Assembly: GCA_965242725.1 (NCBI GenBank)
Contig: CBDESZ010000007.1
Location: 1-64,000 of the forward strand
DNA: 64,000 nucleotides
DNA from: Alkalispirochaeta sp.
GTDB taxonomy: Bacteria > Spirochaetota > Spirochaetia > DSM-27196 > Alkalispirochaetaceae
Reading direction: 5' to 3'
Shown here: positions 19,619-30,793 of the stretch, piece after piece
Numbering within the stretch: position 1 is the first letter of the stretch
Layout: the number at the start of each line of letters is the position of its first letter
Notes under the pieces: model-generated
The model's database searches: none
What the model was told of the DNA's origin: nothing
Seen by the model: the letters and a program-made list of their open reading frames with translations, nothing else
Made by a program: the position numbers and the translations under genes

Positions 19619-21475
19619 ATGCGCCATCTCAGTACGAAAATCGCGGTTGTTACCGGTTTCCTGGCGACGATTATCATGATTTCCTTCACCGTATTCGTCT
19701 TTTTTTCAGTAACGAATTTCCAGCGGGAGGCGGAGGAATCCAGCAGGGAGCGTCTCCTGGCCAACTATGACCATCTAATTCAGATGCTTGTGGAAAGCGT
19801 CGTCACCTCCGTTGAGGGAATTCACCAACGCTATATTGATGGAGATCTCACCCTTGAAGAAGCACAGGAGCTGGCGCGGGTGGTCATCAGGGAAGCACGC
19901 TACGGTGAATCGGGGTACTTCTGGGCGGACCGGACGGACGGAATCATGATAGCCCACCACTTTCTCCGGAACAATGAGGGCGCCGACCGGAGCAATCTTG
20001 AAGATGTAAACGGCACGATGATCATTCAGAACATTCTTGACGTCGCATCAGATCCCGACGGCGGCTTCACGGAGTACTGGTTTCCCAAAGAAGAGGGGGG
20101 AGAACCGTATCCCAAACGGGCATATTCACTTGCCTTTGAACCCTACGACTGGGTCATCAGCACCGGCAACTACTACGACGAAATCGACGAGATCGTCGCG
20201 GAAATACGGGGAGTCAATCGCGAGTCATTGACGTCTCTGACGACAATCCTCATCGCCTTTTCCGTCTTTGCGATAATCGCCTTTGTTGCCGTCGTGTTCG
20301 TACTGGGACGGCGATTGACGATGCCGTTACGTACCGTCGAGGCGTCTCTGAACGAGATCGCCGGCGGTGCGGGTAATCTGACACAACGCGTCGCCGTGGT
20401 GGGGAACGATGAGGTCGGACGCGTTGCGGCAAGCTTCGATCGCTTTGTGGAAGCGCTGCAGGAGATGATCGAGGGCATCAAGAAATCGGTGCAGACGCTC
20501 CGAAACCTCGGCATGGACCTAGCGGACAACTCAAATGAAACCGCCGCCGCAATCAATCAAATCACCGCGAATATCGAGAGCGTCAAGACGCAGGTCTACT
20601 CACAGGAAGAGCAGGTATCCACGACGGCGACGTCGGTTGAAGAGCTGACACGGAACATCGACAGTCTGAAGAGCCAGATGACTTCCGAACACGACACCCT
20701 GCTCCAGACTACGGGACATATCGACGAGATGCTGGCGACGATCCATGCAATGGTCGACGACGTTCGGGCGACCCAGACGGAACTTGCGGAATTGCGGGAG
20801 AAAATTCGTCAGGGAAGCGAAGGCGTTGAGGGGACGAGCAGCGCGGTCCAGCAGATCATGAAGCGGTCGGTGCAGCTCCAGGAGGCGAATACTTTTATCG
20901 TCAGTATTGCCGCCCAGACAAACCTTCTGGCGATGAACGCGGCAATAGAGGCGGCCCACGCCGGAGAGAGCGGCCGCGGCTTTGCCGTCGTCGCCGAGGA
21001 AATCAGAAAACTCGCCGATCAGGCAAACCAGCAATCAAGTCTCATCGGCAAGGAAATCAGCGGCATCCACCAGGAAATCCAGAACACCTCCAAACAGACG
21101 GAAGCGACCCTTGAACTGTTTGACCTCGTTGGACATACGATTTCGACGGTAGATCACGTATTCTCCCGCGTCGCGGAAGGCGCTGACCGACAGGGCAGCC
21201 TGAGCGACCAGGTGAGTGCCGCGCTCCGGCAACTCCAGAATATCGTCGATACCGTTCACACCGGAGCGGGCGAAATGTCCAATGCCAACGAGCAGATTCT
21301 CCGTTCCGTCACGGAACTGCGGGACCGCACATATCATACCCGCTCATCAATCGAAGAGATCTCGACGGGGGCGACGGAAATCAACAGCGCCGTCAACGCA
21401 TTGAACGAACTCTCCAACGGCAACCGTGACGCCATCGCGGAGATAACCACGCGGGTTGACCGGTTTGAGACGTAG
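19619..21475 (+). CDS. Methyl-accepting chemotaxis protein with a Cache-type sensor domain
   Basis: Two TM segments, a Cache-like region (GYFW...YWFPK...PKRAY), a HAMP domain, and the signalling motif [34 protein letters not shown]. Confidence 0.95.
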   Translation: MRHLSTKIAVVTGFLATIIMISFTVFVFFSVTNFQREAEESSRERLLANYDHLIQMLVESVVTSVEGIHQRYIDGDLTLEEAQELARVVIREARYGESGYFWADRTDGIMIAHHFLRNNEGADRSNLEDVNGTMIIQNILDVASDPDGGFTEYWFPKEEGGEPYPKRAYSLAFEPYDWVISTGNYYDEIDEIVAEIRGVNRESLTSLTTILIAFSVFAIIAFVAVVFVLGRRLTMPLRTVEASLNEIAGGAGNLTQRVAVVGNDEVGRVAASFDRFVEALQEMIEGIKKSVQTLRNLGMDLADNSNETAAAINQITANIESVKTQVYSQEEQVSTTATSVEELTRNIDSLKSQMTSEHDTLLQTTGHIDEMLATIHAMVDDVRATQTELAELREKIRQGSEGVEGTSSAVQQIMKRSVQLQEANTFIVSIAAQTNLLAMNAAIEAAHAGESGRGFAVVAEEIRKLADQANQQSSLIGKEISGIHQEIQNTSKQTEATLELFDLVGHTISTVDHVFSRVAEGADRQGSLSDQVSAALRQLQNIVDTVHTGAGEMSNANEQILRSVTELRDRTYHTRSSIEEISTGATEINSAVNALNELSNGNRDAIAEITTRVDRFET

Positions 21476-21580
21476 CCATAAACGGCGACAATTGTCGATT
21501 CCGCGCGCGGGAAATGATCTGCATGCTTTTGGAATGGGACATGAGGTCAAAGGGAGGGATGCGTTCCGGAGATTCCATGT

Positions 21581-22747
21581 TCATTGCCCCAGAATCGCCA
21601 GATACGGCTCCAGGGTGAGATAGGGATAGAGTACCGCCGCCAGCGGGTGCCCCTCGGAATCGGTAAACTCGGCGATGACGGTCATCTCATATGCGGGAAC
21701 TGCAATCTCCCCTTCTCCGGCTTCCAGCGATCGCAGCCGGAAGTCCACAAGATCGCGCCAGCCGGCTGATATTGCGCGGGATATTTCCGCTCCGTTGTGT
21801 CCGCTCCGTGCGTCACCGGACGTTGCAGACCGGGAGAAATAGAACACCGGACTGCGTCGGAAGACTCCCCGGGACGAAAGTGATTGCTCTATCATCGCCC
21901 GCGATTCCGCCGAGAGAGGACGGCTGCACGGGAGCGGCTCATACAGAAAGAGCTCCGATCCGTCGCCGCCGTCCTCCCGTAGCAACGAGGGCCGTCGGAC
22001 AAGCTCCAGTACCGACGTTTCCCTCAGGCCCCGTCGGGTGAAGTAATTGACGGCCTCGGCGAAGGTCATTTGATCGATGCCGTACAATTGCAGCCCCGGT
22101 ATATCACCCTGGAGGTTTCCGGCGACGAGGCGGTGTATCATGACGAGCCTGTCGATCTGGTCCCGGGAGAAGCGGTCGGGCCGGCTGAAGTCGAATATCA
22201 GCACGGTTTCAGGTTCTTCCGGATCTATGACGGCACCGGTCGTCCGTACTCCCGAGACGACGGGAAAGGGACGGTGTATGGTGTCGAGGCGAATGCCGTA
22301 CCGGTCTTCCATAATGACGATGGTGCCGGTAGCAACGGGTATCCCCGCAATGGAGAGGGAGGCGTTGTCCGGCCCCGTCGGCGGTGCGTCCATATTGACG
22401 ACGGCGTTACGTCCAAGACGATGCGCCGAGGCGAGATCCAAGGGGATGCGCCCGATCCGGATCGAGACGGGGAGAATCTCTCCAAGGAAGTCCTGCCTCC
22501 GGGGAAGACGCGGATGGGCGGGGAAATACTCTGAGTCGACGATGCGGGCGGCCATCGTATTCTCTGCGCCGAATACGATCATTTCGCACAACCCGATCGG
22601 TGCGTCATTGAAAAGCATCCGGTTGGGAAATCCCGCCTCCGCCACCGATAGAATCACCTGGCCGGGAGCGAGCGCTCCCGCCTCAAATACGCTGATGCCG
22701 GCCGCACCGATCTCTACGCTGAGGGATCCGTCCCACTCCGATTCCAT
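21581..22747 (-). CDS. Orphan FliM/FliN-like protein with permuted domain order
   Basis: Two N-terminal SpoA (FliMN_C)-like repeats, followed by FliM middle-domain-like motifs FDFSRPDRFSRDQI, IDQMTFAE and YPYLTLEP. Confidence 0.7.
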   Translation of the reverse strand: MESEWDGSLSVEIGAAGISVFEAGALAPGQVILSVAEAGFPNRMLFNDAPIGLCEMIVFGAENTMAARIVDSEYFPAHPRLPRRQDFLGEILPVSIRIGRIPLDLASAHRLGRNAVVNMDAPPTGPDNASLSIAGIPVATGTIVIMEDRYGIRLDTIHRPFPVVSGVRTTGAVIDPEEPETVLIFDFSRPDRFSRDQIDRLVMIHRLVAGNLQGDIPGLQLYGIDQMTFAEAVNYFTRRGLRETSVLELVRRPSLLREDGGDGSELFLYEPLPCSRPLSAESRAMIEQSLSSRGVFRRSPVFYFSRSATSGDARSGHNGAEISRAISAGWRDLVDFRLRSLEAGEGEIAVPAYEMTVIAEFTDSEGHPLAAVLYPYLTLEPYLAILGQ

Positions 22748-22867
22748 GATCCTACCTCCTGTGATATCCGGTACTTCCAGTATAGTCGAGGAAACCTGAA
22801 CGGTCTGTGACCGCGATCACATGAGGGACACTTGCTCTCCTGCACCTGCCGTACCTATTCTTTAGGA

Positions 22868-24306
22868 ATGAGACGGGACAGCGGACAGTCACTCGTCGGA
22901 CCGATCCTTGCGGCTGCGATACCGCTCATCTGGTACGGTCTCCTTCTCTTGCGGCCGGGGATGGACATCGCCATAGCCGCACCGGTCCCCCATTTCTACA
23001 TCACCTCCGCTGCGGCGCTCCTCGCGGCGGGCCTCTCTGTGGCCGTCGGCGTAGCGGGGGTACGGGTGAGGAATGTCCAGGTGGTCAGTCTCTCAATCGC
23101 CTTTACCTCGCTGGCGCTTATCTTTGCCCTCCACGGTCTCTCGACGCCGGGACTCATTCTCCAGCCCCATCAGTTCCGCCTCGCCGGCGTTGCCGCCCAG
23201 TTGAGTATTTCCGTGCTCGCGGTGTGGCTCCTCATTTCCACACTGCCCGCGGACCGTCGGATCGTCCCTCCCCTCGCCCGTCGTCCGGCGCTGCTTCTGA
23301 CGATATGGGTCGTCGTGCTCGGGAGTGTCGTCGTGGCGGGAATTGTCAATCCGATGTTGATCACGTGGATCCCCGTTGATCGGCCTCCCCTCCGGTATAT
23401 CACCGCCGCCGTAACCCTCGGAATTCTCGTTGCCGCGGGTATTCGCTACTGGAACTCCTGGCGATATTCCCGCTTTCCCCTCCAACGGGCGATCACCTAC
23501 GCCGCGGGCTTTCTCGTCGCGACTCAGGTGATCGTCACCACCGGAACGGTGTGGAACATGAGCTGGTGGACCTATCACTTTCTCCTTGTAGCCGCGATGG
23601 TGGGATTGATTGTGGGACTGATCCGCCAGTACTCGTCAAACGGATCGATCGCCGAGGCGGTGCGGAGTCTCTTTGTCCAGGATGCCCGGGAGCTCCTGCA
23701 GCGGGGTATCGTACCGAGCGTGCGGGCGCTGGTCCTTGCCACCGAGGCGCGGGACACCTACACGGCGGGCCACAACCTCCGGGTTGCGCTCCTGGCGGTG
23801 AAGCTGGGCGAAGCGCTGGGGGGGGGCTGCCGCCTGAGCAGCTGCGGGCGCTGGCCCAGGGCGGGGTCATTCACGATGTCGGCAAGGTTCACGTTCCGGA
23901 TGCGATACTCAACAAGTCCGGTCCCCTCACCGACGACGAACGGACGGTGATTCAGGAACATCCCGTGACGGGGTACCGCATGTGCCGCCACCTCGGCCTG
24001 ATGCAGGAAGAGATGGAGGTGATTCGCAACCATCACGAGCGGTGGGATGGTTCAGGGTATCCCGACGGACTGGCGGGTGAAGAAATTCCCCTTCTGGCGC
24101 GCATTCTCGCCGTGGCCGATGTATTTGATGCGGTCACCTCCCGCCGTTCCTACCGAGAGGCGTGGCCCCACGAACGGGCACACGATCTGATCGAGTCGGA
24201 AGATGGCCGTCACTTTGATCCCCTTTGCGTCGCCGCGTGGAAGGCTTTGGACCGGGACGACGTGGCGGAGATTACGACAATTACAGGTTTTTCCTCACAG
24301 GGTTGA
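22868..24306 (+). CDS. Membrane-anchored HD-GYP phosphodiesterase, frameshifted in a G9 run (23818-23826)
   Basis: About 8 TM segments, then DTYTAGHNLRVA in one frame. IHDVGK and HHERWDGSGYPDGLAG continue in another frame. Confidence 0.85.
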
Positions 24307-25224
24307 AGAGGGATCACGGGGTACCTCGGAAAAGAGGTCTTTGTGGTCTTCTATGAAGCGGTCCAGTGATCGCGGCGGCCGGCCCAGAAGGTTCCGGATG
24401 GTATCGGTCTCTCCTCCCGCTTTCCCCAGGCGGGTCACCGTATACAGCGCATACATTACGAGAGCGTGGCCGAAACGTCTCCCCCGGGAGCGCTGATATC
24501 GTATGAAGGGTATCAGTGACGCCGGCTGATAGGTTATGTCCCGGCCCAGGATACGGGACAATCGCTCGGCTACCTGGTAGTAGGAGTAACTTGTGTCACC
24601 GGTCAACTCGTACGAACGATATCGATGATCGTCCCCGAGGAGCACCGTTGCTATCGCCTCACCGATATCCCGGACGTCGATAAAATTGGTCACCCCGCCT
24701 CCGGCAGGTACAAATATCCGATGTTCATCGCGAATTTCAGGCAGGTGGGTCGTCGTCAGATTCTGCATGAAAAAGGAGGGTCTGATGAAGGTATAGGGCA
24801 GCCCGAGTTCGAGAATTGCCCGTTCCGTCTTGTGATGGGGAATGATCCTGTTGGTTTCCGCACCCTGTACGGAGAGAAATACGACATGACCGATCTCCTT
24901 CTCTTTCATATATGCGATAAACGGGTACAGGTCTCGCCGGATATTGGAGATATGGGGAGGCCGAATCAGCAGAACCCTATCTACTCCGGCAAGAGCCGCG
25001 TCCCACGTCGTATTGTCTGTGAAATCAAATGGACACGGTTCCGCACCGTGAAGAGGCGCGGTGACGTTGGGCGATTGTGCTCCATATTTCCGCAACCTCG
25101 CCGGAGTTATCGCCCCGCGAATGGGGACCGGTCCCGCGGATACCCACCGGCACACTTCGGACCCGACGTTACCCGTGGCGCCGGTAATCAGCATGCCCCG
25201 AAGTTGTTCATTCGACCTGATCAC
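24295..25224 (-). CDS. NmrA-like/atypical SDR NAD(P)-binding protein
   Basis: Motifs ITGATGNVG, RPSFFMQN and FIDVRDIG. Confidence 0.88.
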   Translation of the reverse strand: MIRSNEQLRGMLITGATGNVGSEVCRWVSAGPVPIRGAITPARLRKYGAQSPNVTAPLHGAEPCPFDFTDNTTWDAALAGVDRVLLIRPPHISNIRRDLYPFIAYMKEKEIGHVVFLSVQGAETNRIIPHHKTERAILELGLPYTFIRPSFFMQNLTTTHLPEIRDEHRIFVPAGGGVTNFIDVRDIGEAIATVLLGDDHRYRSYELTGDTSYSYYQVAERLSRILGRDITYQPASLIPFIRYQRSRGRRFGHALVMYALYTVTRLGKAGGETDTIRNLLGRPPRSLDRFIEDHKDLFSEVPRDPSSTL

Positions 25225-25348
25225 GTTGCTCCTTTTTTCCTTTGTGCCTGTAACTGATTAAACCGGAGGAGTCACCGGCGTCAATATGGCGGTCCCCTTC
25301 CTTGCCTCTTCAGTCACGACCTCAACATATTAGAAAAAGGAGCCGGAA

Positions 25349-27268
25349 ATGAAAGGAACGATTGCGGAACGGATATTACGGGAACATTTGGTTGAAGGTG
25401 AGGTGAAACCGGGCGGAGAGATCGGCCTCACGATCGACCAGACGCTGACACAGGACGCGACGGGCACGATGGTGTATCTCGAGTTTGAGGCGATCGGCGT
25501 GCCCCGGGTGAAACCGGAGGTTGCCGTCAGCTATGTCGATCACAATATCATTCAGACAGACTACAAGAACGCCGATGACCACCGTTTTCTGCAGTCCGCC
25601 GCGTCCAAATACGGCGTCGTTCTTTCACCTCCCGGCAACGGCGTCTCCCACCACGTTCACCGCCAGCGATTCGGCATTCCCGGAAAGACGCTCCTCGGAT
25701 CGGACAGTCACACCACCACCGGCGGCTGCCTCGGCATGCTCGCCATGGGTTCCGGCGGGATCGACGTCGCTCTTGCGATGGCGGGCATGCCCTACTACAT
25801 CACCACGCCGAAGATCTGGGGCATATATGTGGAAGGCGCGCTCCAGCCCTTCGTCTCGGGAAAGGATGTCATCCTGGAGCTTCTCCGCCGCTATACGGTC
25901 AAAGGGGGCCTCGGCTCGATCATGGAGTTTTACGGCCCCGGCGTAGCGAATCTCGATATGTCCGCCCGGGCGACGATCGCCAACATGGCCGTCGACATCG
26001 GGGCAACGGCGGCGATATTTCCGTCCGATGAGGTGACCAGGGAGTGGCTGAGGATGAACAATCGAGAAGACGATTGGGTCGCCCTTCCCAATGACGATAA
26101 CGCCGAGTATGACGAGGTTACGACGGTACGGCTTAATGAGGTGGAACCGCTGGTCGCCTGTCCAAGCAATCCCGACAATGTGCGACCCGCCCGTGAGCTG
26201 GGAGACGTACAACTCAATCAGGTGATCATCGGAAGCTCCTGCAACGGCAGTTACCGCGACTTCATGATCGCCGCGGAAATGGTGGACGGCGAAATGAAGG
26301 CGCCGGAGGTGAGTTTTGAAATCAACACCGGCAGCCGCCAGACGCTGATCAATCTCCTCGGTTCCGGCGGCATCAACAAGCTTGTAAACGCCGGCGCCCG
26401 GACCCATGAACCGGGATGTCTTGGATGTATCGGCATGGGCCAGGCACCCGCCTCGGGCACCAATTCGCTCAGAACATTCCCGCGAAACTTCAAGGGCCGC
26501 AGCGGGACCGCCGACGACGCGGTCTACCTCTGTTCGCCTGAAACGGCGGCGGCGTCCGCCCTGACCGGTTATATCACCGACCCGCGCACCCGCGGCACCT
26601 GCCCGAACGTCACACTGCCGGAGCGCTTTGCCTTCAATCCAAAATGGTTTCACGATCCCGCGGACGATTCCGATTCGGTGGAGGTTCAGCGCGGCCCCAA
26701 TATCAAGGAGTTTCCCTCCTTTCCCGCGCTGCCCCGGGACCTGACCGTCACGGTGGCGCTCAAGGTGGGCGACAACATTTCCACCGACACTATCATGCCT
26801 GCGGGAAACAGGGTGCTTCCCTTCCGCAGCAACATTCCGGCCATCAGCGACTTTGTCTACGACGTGATAGACGAGGAGTTTCCCCAGCGGTGCCGCTCCC
26901 TCGAGACGTGCGCCGTCGTGGGCGGAGACAATTACGGCCAGGGATCCTCCCGGGAACACGCAGCGCTGGCACCACGCTACCTGGGAGTGCGGGTGAAACT
27001 GGCCAAAAGCTTTGCCCGCATTCACAAGAGCAATCTGGTAAACTTTGGTATTGTTCCGCTCGTCTTCAGCGATCCCTCAGACTACGACCGCATAGACCAG
27101 GGGGCGGTCATCCACATAGCCGGGATACGCGACCTGGTTGATCAGGGAGCGACGGAGATTCCGATAACCCTGGGCGACGTCGAGATCATGACGCGCCTTG
27201 AGCTCTCGGAGCGTCTGCGGGGAATACTCTCCGCGGGAGGCGCACTCAACTACGCCGCAGCGAGTTAG
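25349..27268 (+). CDS. Aconitate hydratase (short, about 640-aa type)
   Basis: Motifs TQDATGT, DHN, GSDSHT, GSSCNG, CxGCIG, RNFKGRSG, DNISTD and NYGQGSSREHA. Confidence 0.92.
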   Translation: MKGTIAERILREHLVEGEVKPGGEIGLTIDQTLTQDATGTMVYLEFEAIGVPRVKPEVAVSYVDHNIIQTDYKNADDHRFLQSAASKYGVVLSPPGNGVSHHVHRQRFGIPGKTLLGSDSHTTTGGCLGMLAMGSGGIDVALAMAGMPYYITTPKIWGIYVEGALQPFVSGKDVILELLRRYTVKGGLGSIMEFYGPGVANLDMSARATIANMAVDIGATAAIFPSDEVTREWLRMNNREDDWVALPNDDNAEYDEVTTVRLNEVEPLVACPSNPDNVRPARELGDVQLNQVIIGSSCNGSYRDFMIAAEMVDGEMKAPEVSFEINTGSRQTLINLLGSGGINKLVNAGARTHEPGCLGCIGMGQAPASGTNSLRTFPRNFKGRSGTADDAVYLCSPETAAASALTGYITDPRTRGTCPNVTLPERFAFNPKWFHDPADDSDSVEVQRGPNIKEFPSFPALPRDLTVTVALKVGDNISTDTIMPAGNRVLPFRSNIPAISDFVYDVIDEEFPQRCRSLETCAVVGGDNYGQGSSREHAALAPRYLGVRVKLAKSFARIHKSNLVNFGIVPLVFSDPSDYDRIDQGAVIHIAGIRDLVDQGATEIPITLGDVEIMTRLELSERLRGILSAGGALNYAAAS

Positions 27269-27293
27269 GTAAACGGAAGGGAAACGGGGTCGG

Positions 27294-28382
27294 TCAGGCC
27301 GCGACGGAGAAGCGGTACCGGGCGGTAAAGACGCTGTTCCCATAGTCAAACGAATATTCAGCGTCCAGCCGCCGGGCAAGGGTCTCAATGATCGCAAACC
27401 GGTAATCCTGGATGAGGAGAGAATACACATTCTCGACAACGGGGTGAGATATGGCGAGTTCCGCGACGTCATCTGCATATGTAAGGCGACCGTCGGGAAC
27501 TCCATCAGGTGATTGATCGACGATCGTCGTAACAAGTTCATAGACAAGGGACGCAAGGACCATCGCCCGGTCCTTGTCTATGGTAAAGTCTCCGGTGATG
27601 TGAGGCCAGGAGGTATCGGGAACGGCGACCCCGAAGACGTGCAGCATTTCCCGTATGATTGGACATACCTGGGCACGGGCGAATACGGATTTCTTATGGC
27701 TGTAGGCGTTGAACGAGCGCAGCATCCAGCTCATTGCGTCGAGGCGCGCGGTAAACTGGGGCATCCAGTCCACTTCGCCCTGGTCAACGCAATACCCCGT
27801 CCCGGAATGAAGGTGTATCAGACTTGAGAGAAACTGCAATGTGTTCTGGACGCGGTGTTCCAGCTCCTGTTTCATGCGACGGGTCCGCTCCTGTTCCCGC
27901 CGCAACTCGAGGATGGTAATGACATTCTTTGCGAGGCGTCGCAGGACCGACTGCTGAATGGGGTCCAGGTTCCGGGGACGCCTGTCCTGGACGCAGATCA
28001 TCCCTATATTGTGTCCTCGTGAGGTCCGCAGCGGCATTCCGGCGTAGAAAACGACATTCGGATCTCCGGTGATAAGGGGGTTGCCCCGGAACCGACTATC
28101 CTCCCGGGCGTCGGGAACGACCATGAGATCTTCTCCGAGAATCCCGTGGGCACAGAAGGCGACCTCCCGGGATGTCTCCTGAGCCGAAATATTCCTGCGC
28201 GACTTGAACCACTGCCGATCGGCGTCAATGAAGGTTATGGTGCCCATGGACGCGCCGGTGACGGCGAGAAGCAGGTCCATGATCGCGTCCATTTCGGAGT
28301 CCGGTGGCGTGTCGAGGACCTGAAAGGAATGCAGTTCCGAAAGACGAGCCGATTCGTCTTCAGGGATGGGCGGCTTAATCAT
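27294..28382 (-). CDS. GAF-domain protein with a HisKA_2-like H-box and a degenerate ATPase domain
   Basis: GAF motifs RQWFKS, FCAH, DAREDSRF and FYAGMPL. H-box ELEHRVQNTLQ. N and G boxes are eroded. Confidence 0.75.
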   Translation of the reverse strand: MIKPPIPEDESARLSELHSFQVLDTPPDSEMDAIMDLLLAVTGASMGTITFIDADRQWFKSRRNISAQETSREVAFCAHGILGEDLMVVPDAREDSRFRGNPLITGDPNVVFYAGMPLRTSRGHNIGMICVQDRRPRNLDPIQQSVLRRLAKNVITILELRREQERTRRMKQELEHRVQNTLQFLSSLIHLHSGTGYCVDQGEVDWMPQFTARLDAMSWMLRSFNAYSHKKSVFARAQVCPIIREMLHVFGVAVPDTSWPHITGDFTIDKDRAMVLASLVYELVTTIVDQSPDGVPDGRLTYADDVAELAISHPVVENVYSLLIQDYRFAIIETLARRLDAEYSFDYGNSVFTARYRFSVAA

Positions 28383-28505
28383 TGCCCTCGCCTTTGATGA
28401 TTATCGAAACAGTCATCTATACCTAATATAGACCATCGCCGGCGACATTCCAAACAGGATGGTTCCTGTTCACTCCGTCCGTTTGTTCCTTTTCTCCCGT
28501 ACCCG

Positions 28506-29390
28506 CTACGCCCGGGGCCCTCGGGACGAGGAACAGGCGCTCAGCGCGGTTACGGTGATCAGTATCAGCGCCATACCGATTAACTGCGGTCCCGCAAGGG
28601 CGACGTTCAGGACAACCACACCGAAGAGCGCCGCCGTGACGGGCTCCACCATTGCCACGATGGATGCATCCGTCGGCGTAGTATGTCTCAACCCGATGAT
28701 ATACAGCACGAAGGAAAGACCGGCACCAAGCACACCAAGCAGTACAAAGAGGAACACATCCGGAGAGGCGGGGACCGCGATGATCTCGGCGGTATCGGTC
28801 GACCAGAGGAGCATCAGCGTAAGCACTGAAAATGCGATGGAGAGAATTGCCTGCGGGCTGCCGTGGGGCGCCGCATAACTGAAGGCGAAAATGAACAGTC
28901 CGTAGGACAGTCCGGCAAGCAATCCGGCGGCAACACCGACGACGGTGAGGTCCAGGGCATCGATGTCGTACATTTTCGTCAACAACACGATGCCGACCAT
29001 CACCACCGCGATCGCCGTCAGCTTGAAGGCCGTGGGCCGTTCCAGTTTCAGAACAAAAGACACGATATATACGAACACCGGCGCGCTGTACATAAGCGTA
29101 GCCGCCACGGCGACGTTTCCCTGGGCGATGCTTACAAAATAGAAGGTGAAATTCCCGGCAACACCGAGACCTGCAATGACCGACCAGAACCAGAGGCGGC
29201 GATTGGTCAGCCCGCTGCCGCCGGGACGCAGGATGAGCCAGGCGAGCACGAATACCAGTCCAACGGCGCCCCGGTAGAATGAAACCACAAAGGCGTTCCA
29301 CCCGCCTGATATGAGCATACTGCCGATGCCGCCTGACAAACCCCAGCACAGAGTCGCCAGGACGACGAATGTTATTGTCGAACCCGCCAT
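28506..29390 (-). CDS. DMT/EamA family transporter
   Basis: About 10 TM segments, LCWGLSG, and the EamA C-terminal motif ASIVAMVEPVTA. Confidence 0.9.
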   Translation of the reverse strand: MAGSTITFVVLATLCWGLSGGIGSMLISGGWNAFVVSFYRGAVGLVFVLAWLILRPGGSGLTNRRLWFWSVIAGLGVAGNFTFYFVSIAQGNVAVAATLMYSAPVFVYIVSFVLKLERPTAFKLTAIAVVMVGIVLLTKMYDIDALDLTVVGVAAGLLAGLSYGLFIFAFSYAAPHGSPQAILSIAFSVLTLMLLWSTDTAEIIAVPASPDVFLFVLLGVLGAGLSFVLYIIGLRHTTPTDASIVAMVEPVTAALFGVVVLNVALAGPQLIGMALILITVTALSACSSSRGPRA

Positions 29391-29453
29391 GTAATCTCGC
29401 CCTTTTTTCCCGTTGCGGGGCGGCCCGTTCACCGGTCTATGTAGAATGACGTG

Positions 29454-30290
29454 TCAGAACGAATCGAGCCGCGTCGTGTATCCTTTCTCGTTGGAGACAA
29501 GCTCTCCCGAGAGCGATGTCCCCTCACTTGTGTTTGCCCAGATGTATTTAACCAGCTCACCGGGAACATCACCGGTAATCCACCACTCGTACCGGACTTC
29601 GTATGATTCCGTTTCGACGTCATCCTCTTCCGGGACATACACGTCCTCGATCACGATATGTTCCGCCCGAAACGTACCGGCAGGGACCGTCACGTTTTCG
29701 GTACCAACAACGTAGTCGCCATAGGCACCGTCGTAGTAACCGACCTGCTCCATATCCTCTGTATCTTCTTCCTCTTCATCCTCGACACCGTCCTGCTCCG
29801 GGATCCACTCGCGGATTGCGTCGGTCTCGGGATCCCGGTACCGGAAGACCAGGAGATCATAGGAATCGCTCATGAGCGCCTCGGAAAGAAAATCCTCTTC
29901 CCCTTCCGCGGAATAGCGCAGCAGCCACCAGGCGCTTCCGTCGGCATTGCGTTTCAGGAGGGCTCGTTCAACGCGAATGGTTTCGATGCCTTCATCGTCT
30001 TTCGACGTAATGTCCCAGACAACCCCTTCCCCTTCATCAAAATCTCCGTACCCGGCGGCGTATCCTCCGGCGAAAAAAACCTGTGTATAGATAAGTGTTG
30101 CGAGAACGGCATCCTCCATAGCGCCGATACCGACCGCATCCAGCGCCGCCTGATTCACACGAGCCTGTGTCTTGCCTATCAGATCGCTCGTTCCGGCAAC
30201 GCCCTCCATGATCGACGAACAGCCGACAAGGCTGACCAGCACCACCGACATCAGGAGGGTGACAAGTTTCTTTCTGAGTGTTTTACGCAT
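29454..30290 (-). CDS. Acidic lipoprotein of unknown function
   Basis: Basic N-terminus, lipobox LVGC and a VTVPAGTF motif. Confidence 0.75.
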   Translation of the reverse strand: MRKTLRKKLVTLLMSVVLVSLVGCSSIMEGVAGTSDLIGKTQARVNQAALDAVGIGAMEDAVLATLIYTQVFFAGGYAAGYGDFDEGEGVVWDITSKDDEGIETIRVERALLKRNADGSAWWLLRYSAEGEEDFLSEALMSDSYDLLVFRYRDPETDAIREWIPEQDGVEDEEEEDTEDMEQVGYYDGAYGDYVVGTENVTVPAGTFRAEHIVIEDVYVPEEDDVETESYEVRYEWWITGDVPGELVKYIWANTSEGTSLSGELVSNEKGYTTRLDSF

Positions 30291-30508
30291 AATTGTTCCT
30301 TTCCTTTAAAGAACGTAAAAGAGTGTGATCTGTCATAGTACTTCAGTTTTTCATCCTTCGTGAATTAATTTTTATGTGCCGCCTCCGTCATGAGGTCAAA
30401 ACGGCATGGAATAAAACTTGACTAACTTTCTCATTATTATCACGTTGAAAATATGACGGACGTTGCGCAGACAGTGCGACTTCGATTCAGACCGACAGGA
30501 GGTATATT

Positions 30509-30793
30509 TTGGGTACAACACAAAACCCCGACGGAAAAAATATAAATGTTGTCATCGAATACTGCGTACCATGTGATCTCAGGGAACCTGCACTTTCAGT
30601 TTCCTCTGAGCTCCTGAAAGAGCATCAGCAGGATATCGGATCGGTGACGCTGTTGACCGGAAGCGGCGGTGTCTTCGACGTCAAAGTGAACGACCGGCTT
30701 GTATTTTCAAAGAACGAGACGGGCCGGCTTCCGGAGGAAGGCGAAGTCCTGCACGCCTTTCAGCAGGTCACCGGAGCGGTCTCTTCAGCGTAG
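30509..30793 (+). CDS. Rdx (SelT/SelW/SelH) family thioredoxin-like protein, Cys form
   Basis: Motifs IEYCVPC, GSGGVFDV and FSK..GRLPE. TTG start after an AGGAGG RBS. Confidence 0.85.
   Translation: MGTTQNPDGKNINVVIEYCVPCDLREPALSVSSELLKEHQQDIGSVTLLTGSGGVFDVKVNDRLVFSKNETGRLPEEGEVLHAFQQVTGAVSSA

Noticed and set aside
30509..30793. Selenoprotein (SelW-like)
   Set aside because: The redox motif is encoded TGC-GTA-CCA-TGT (CxxC), with no in-frame TGA.
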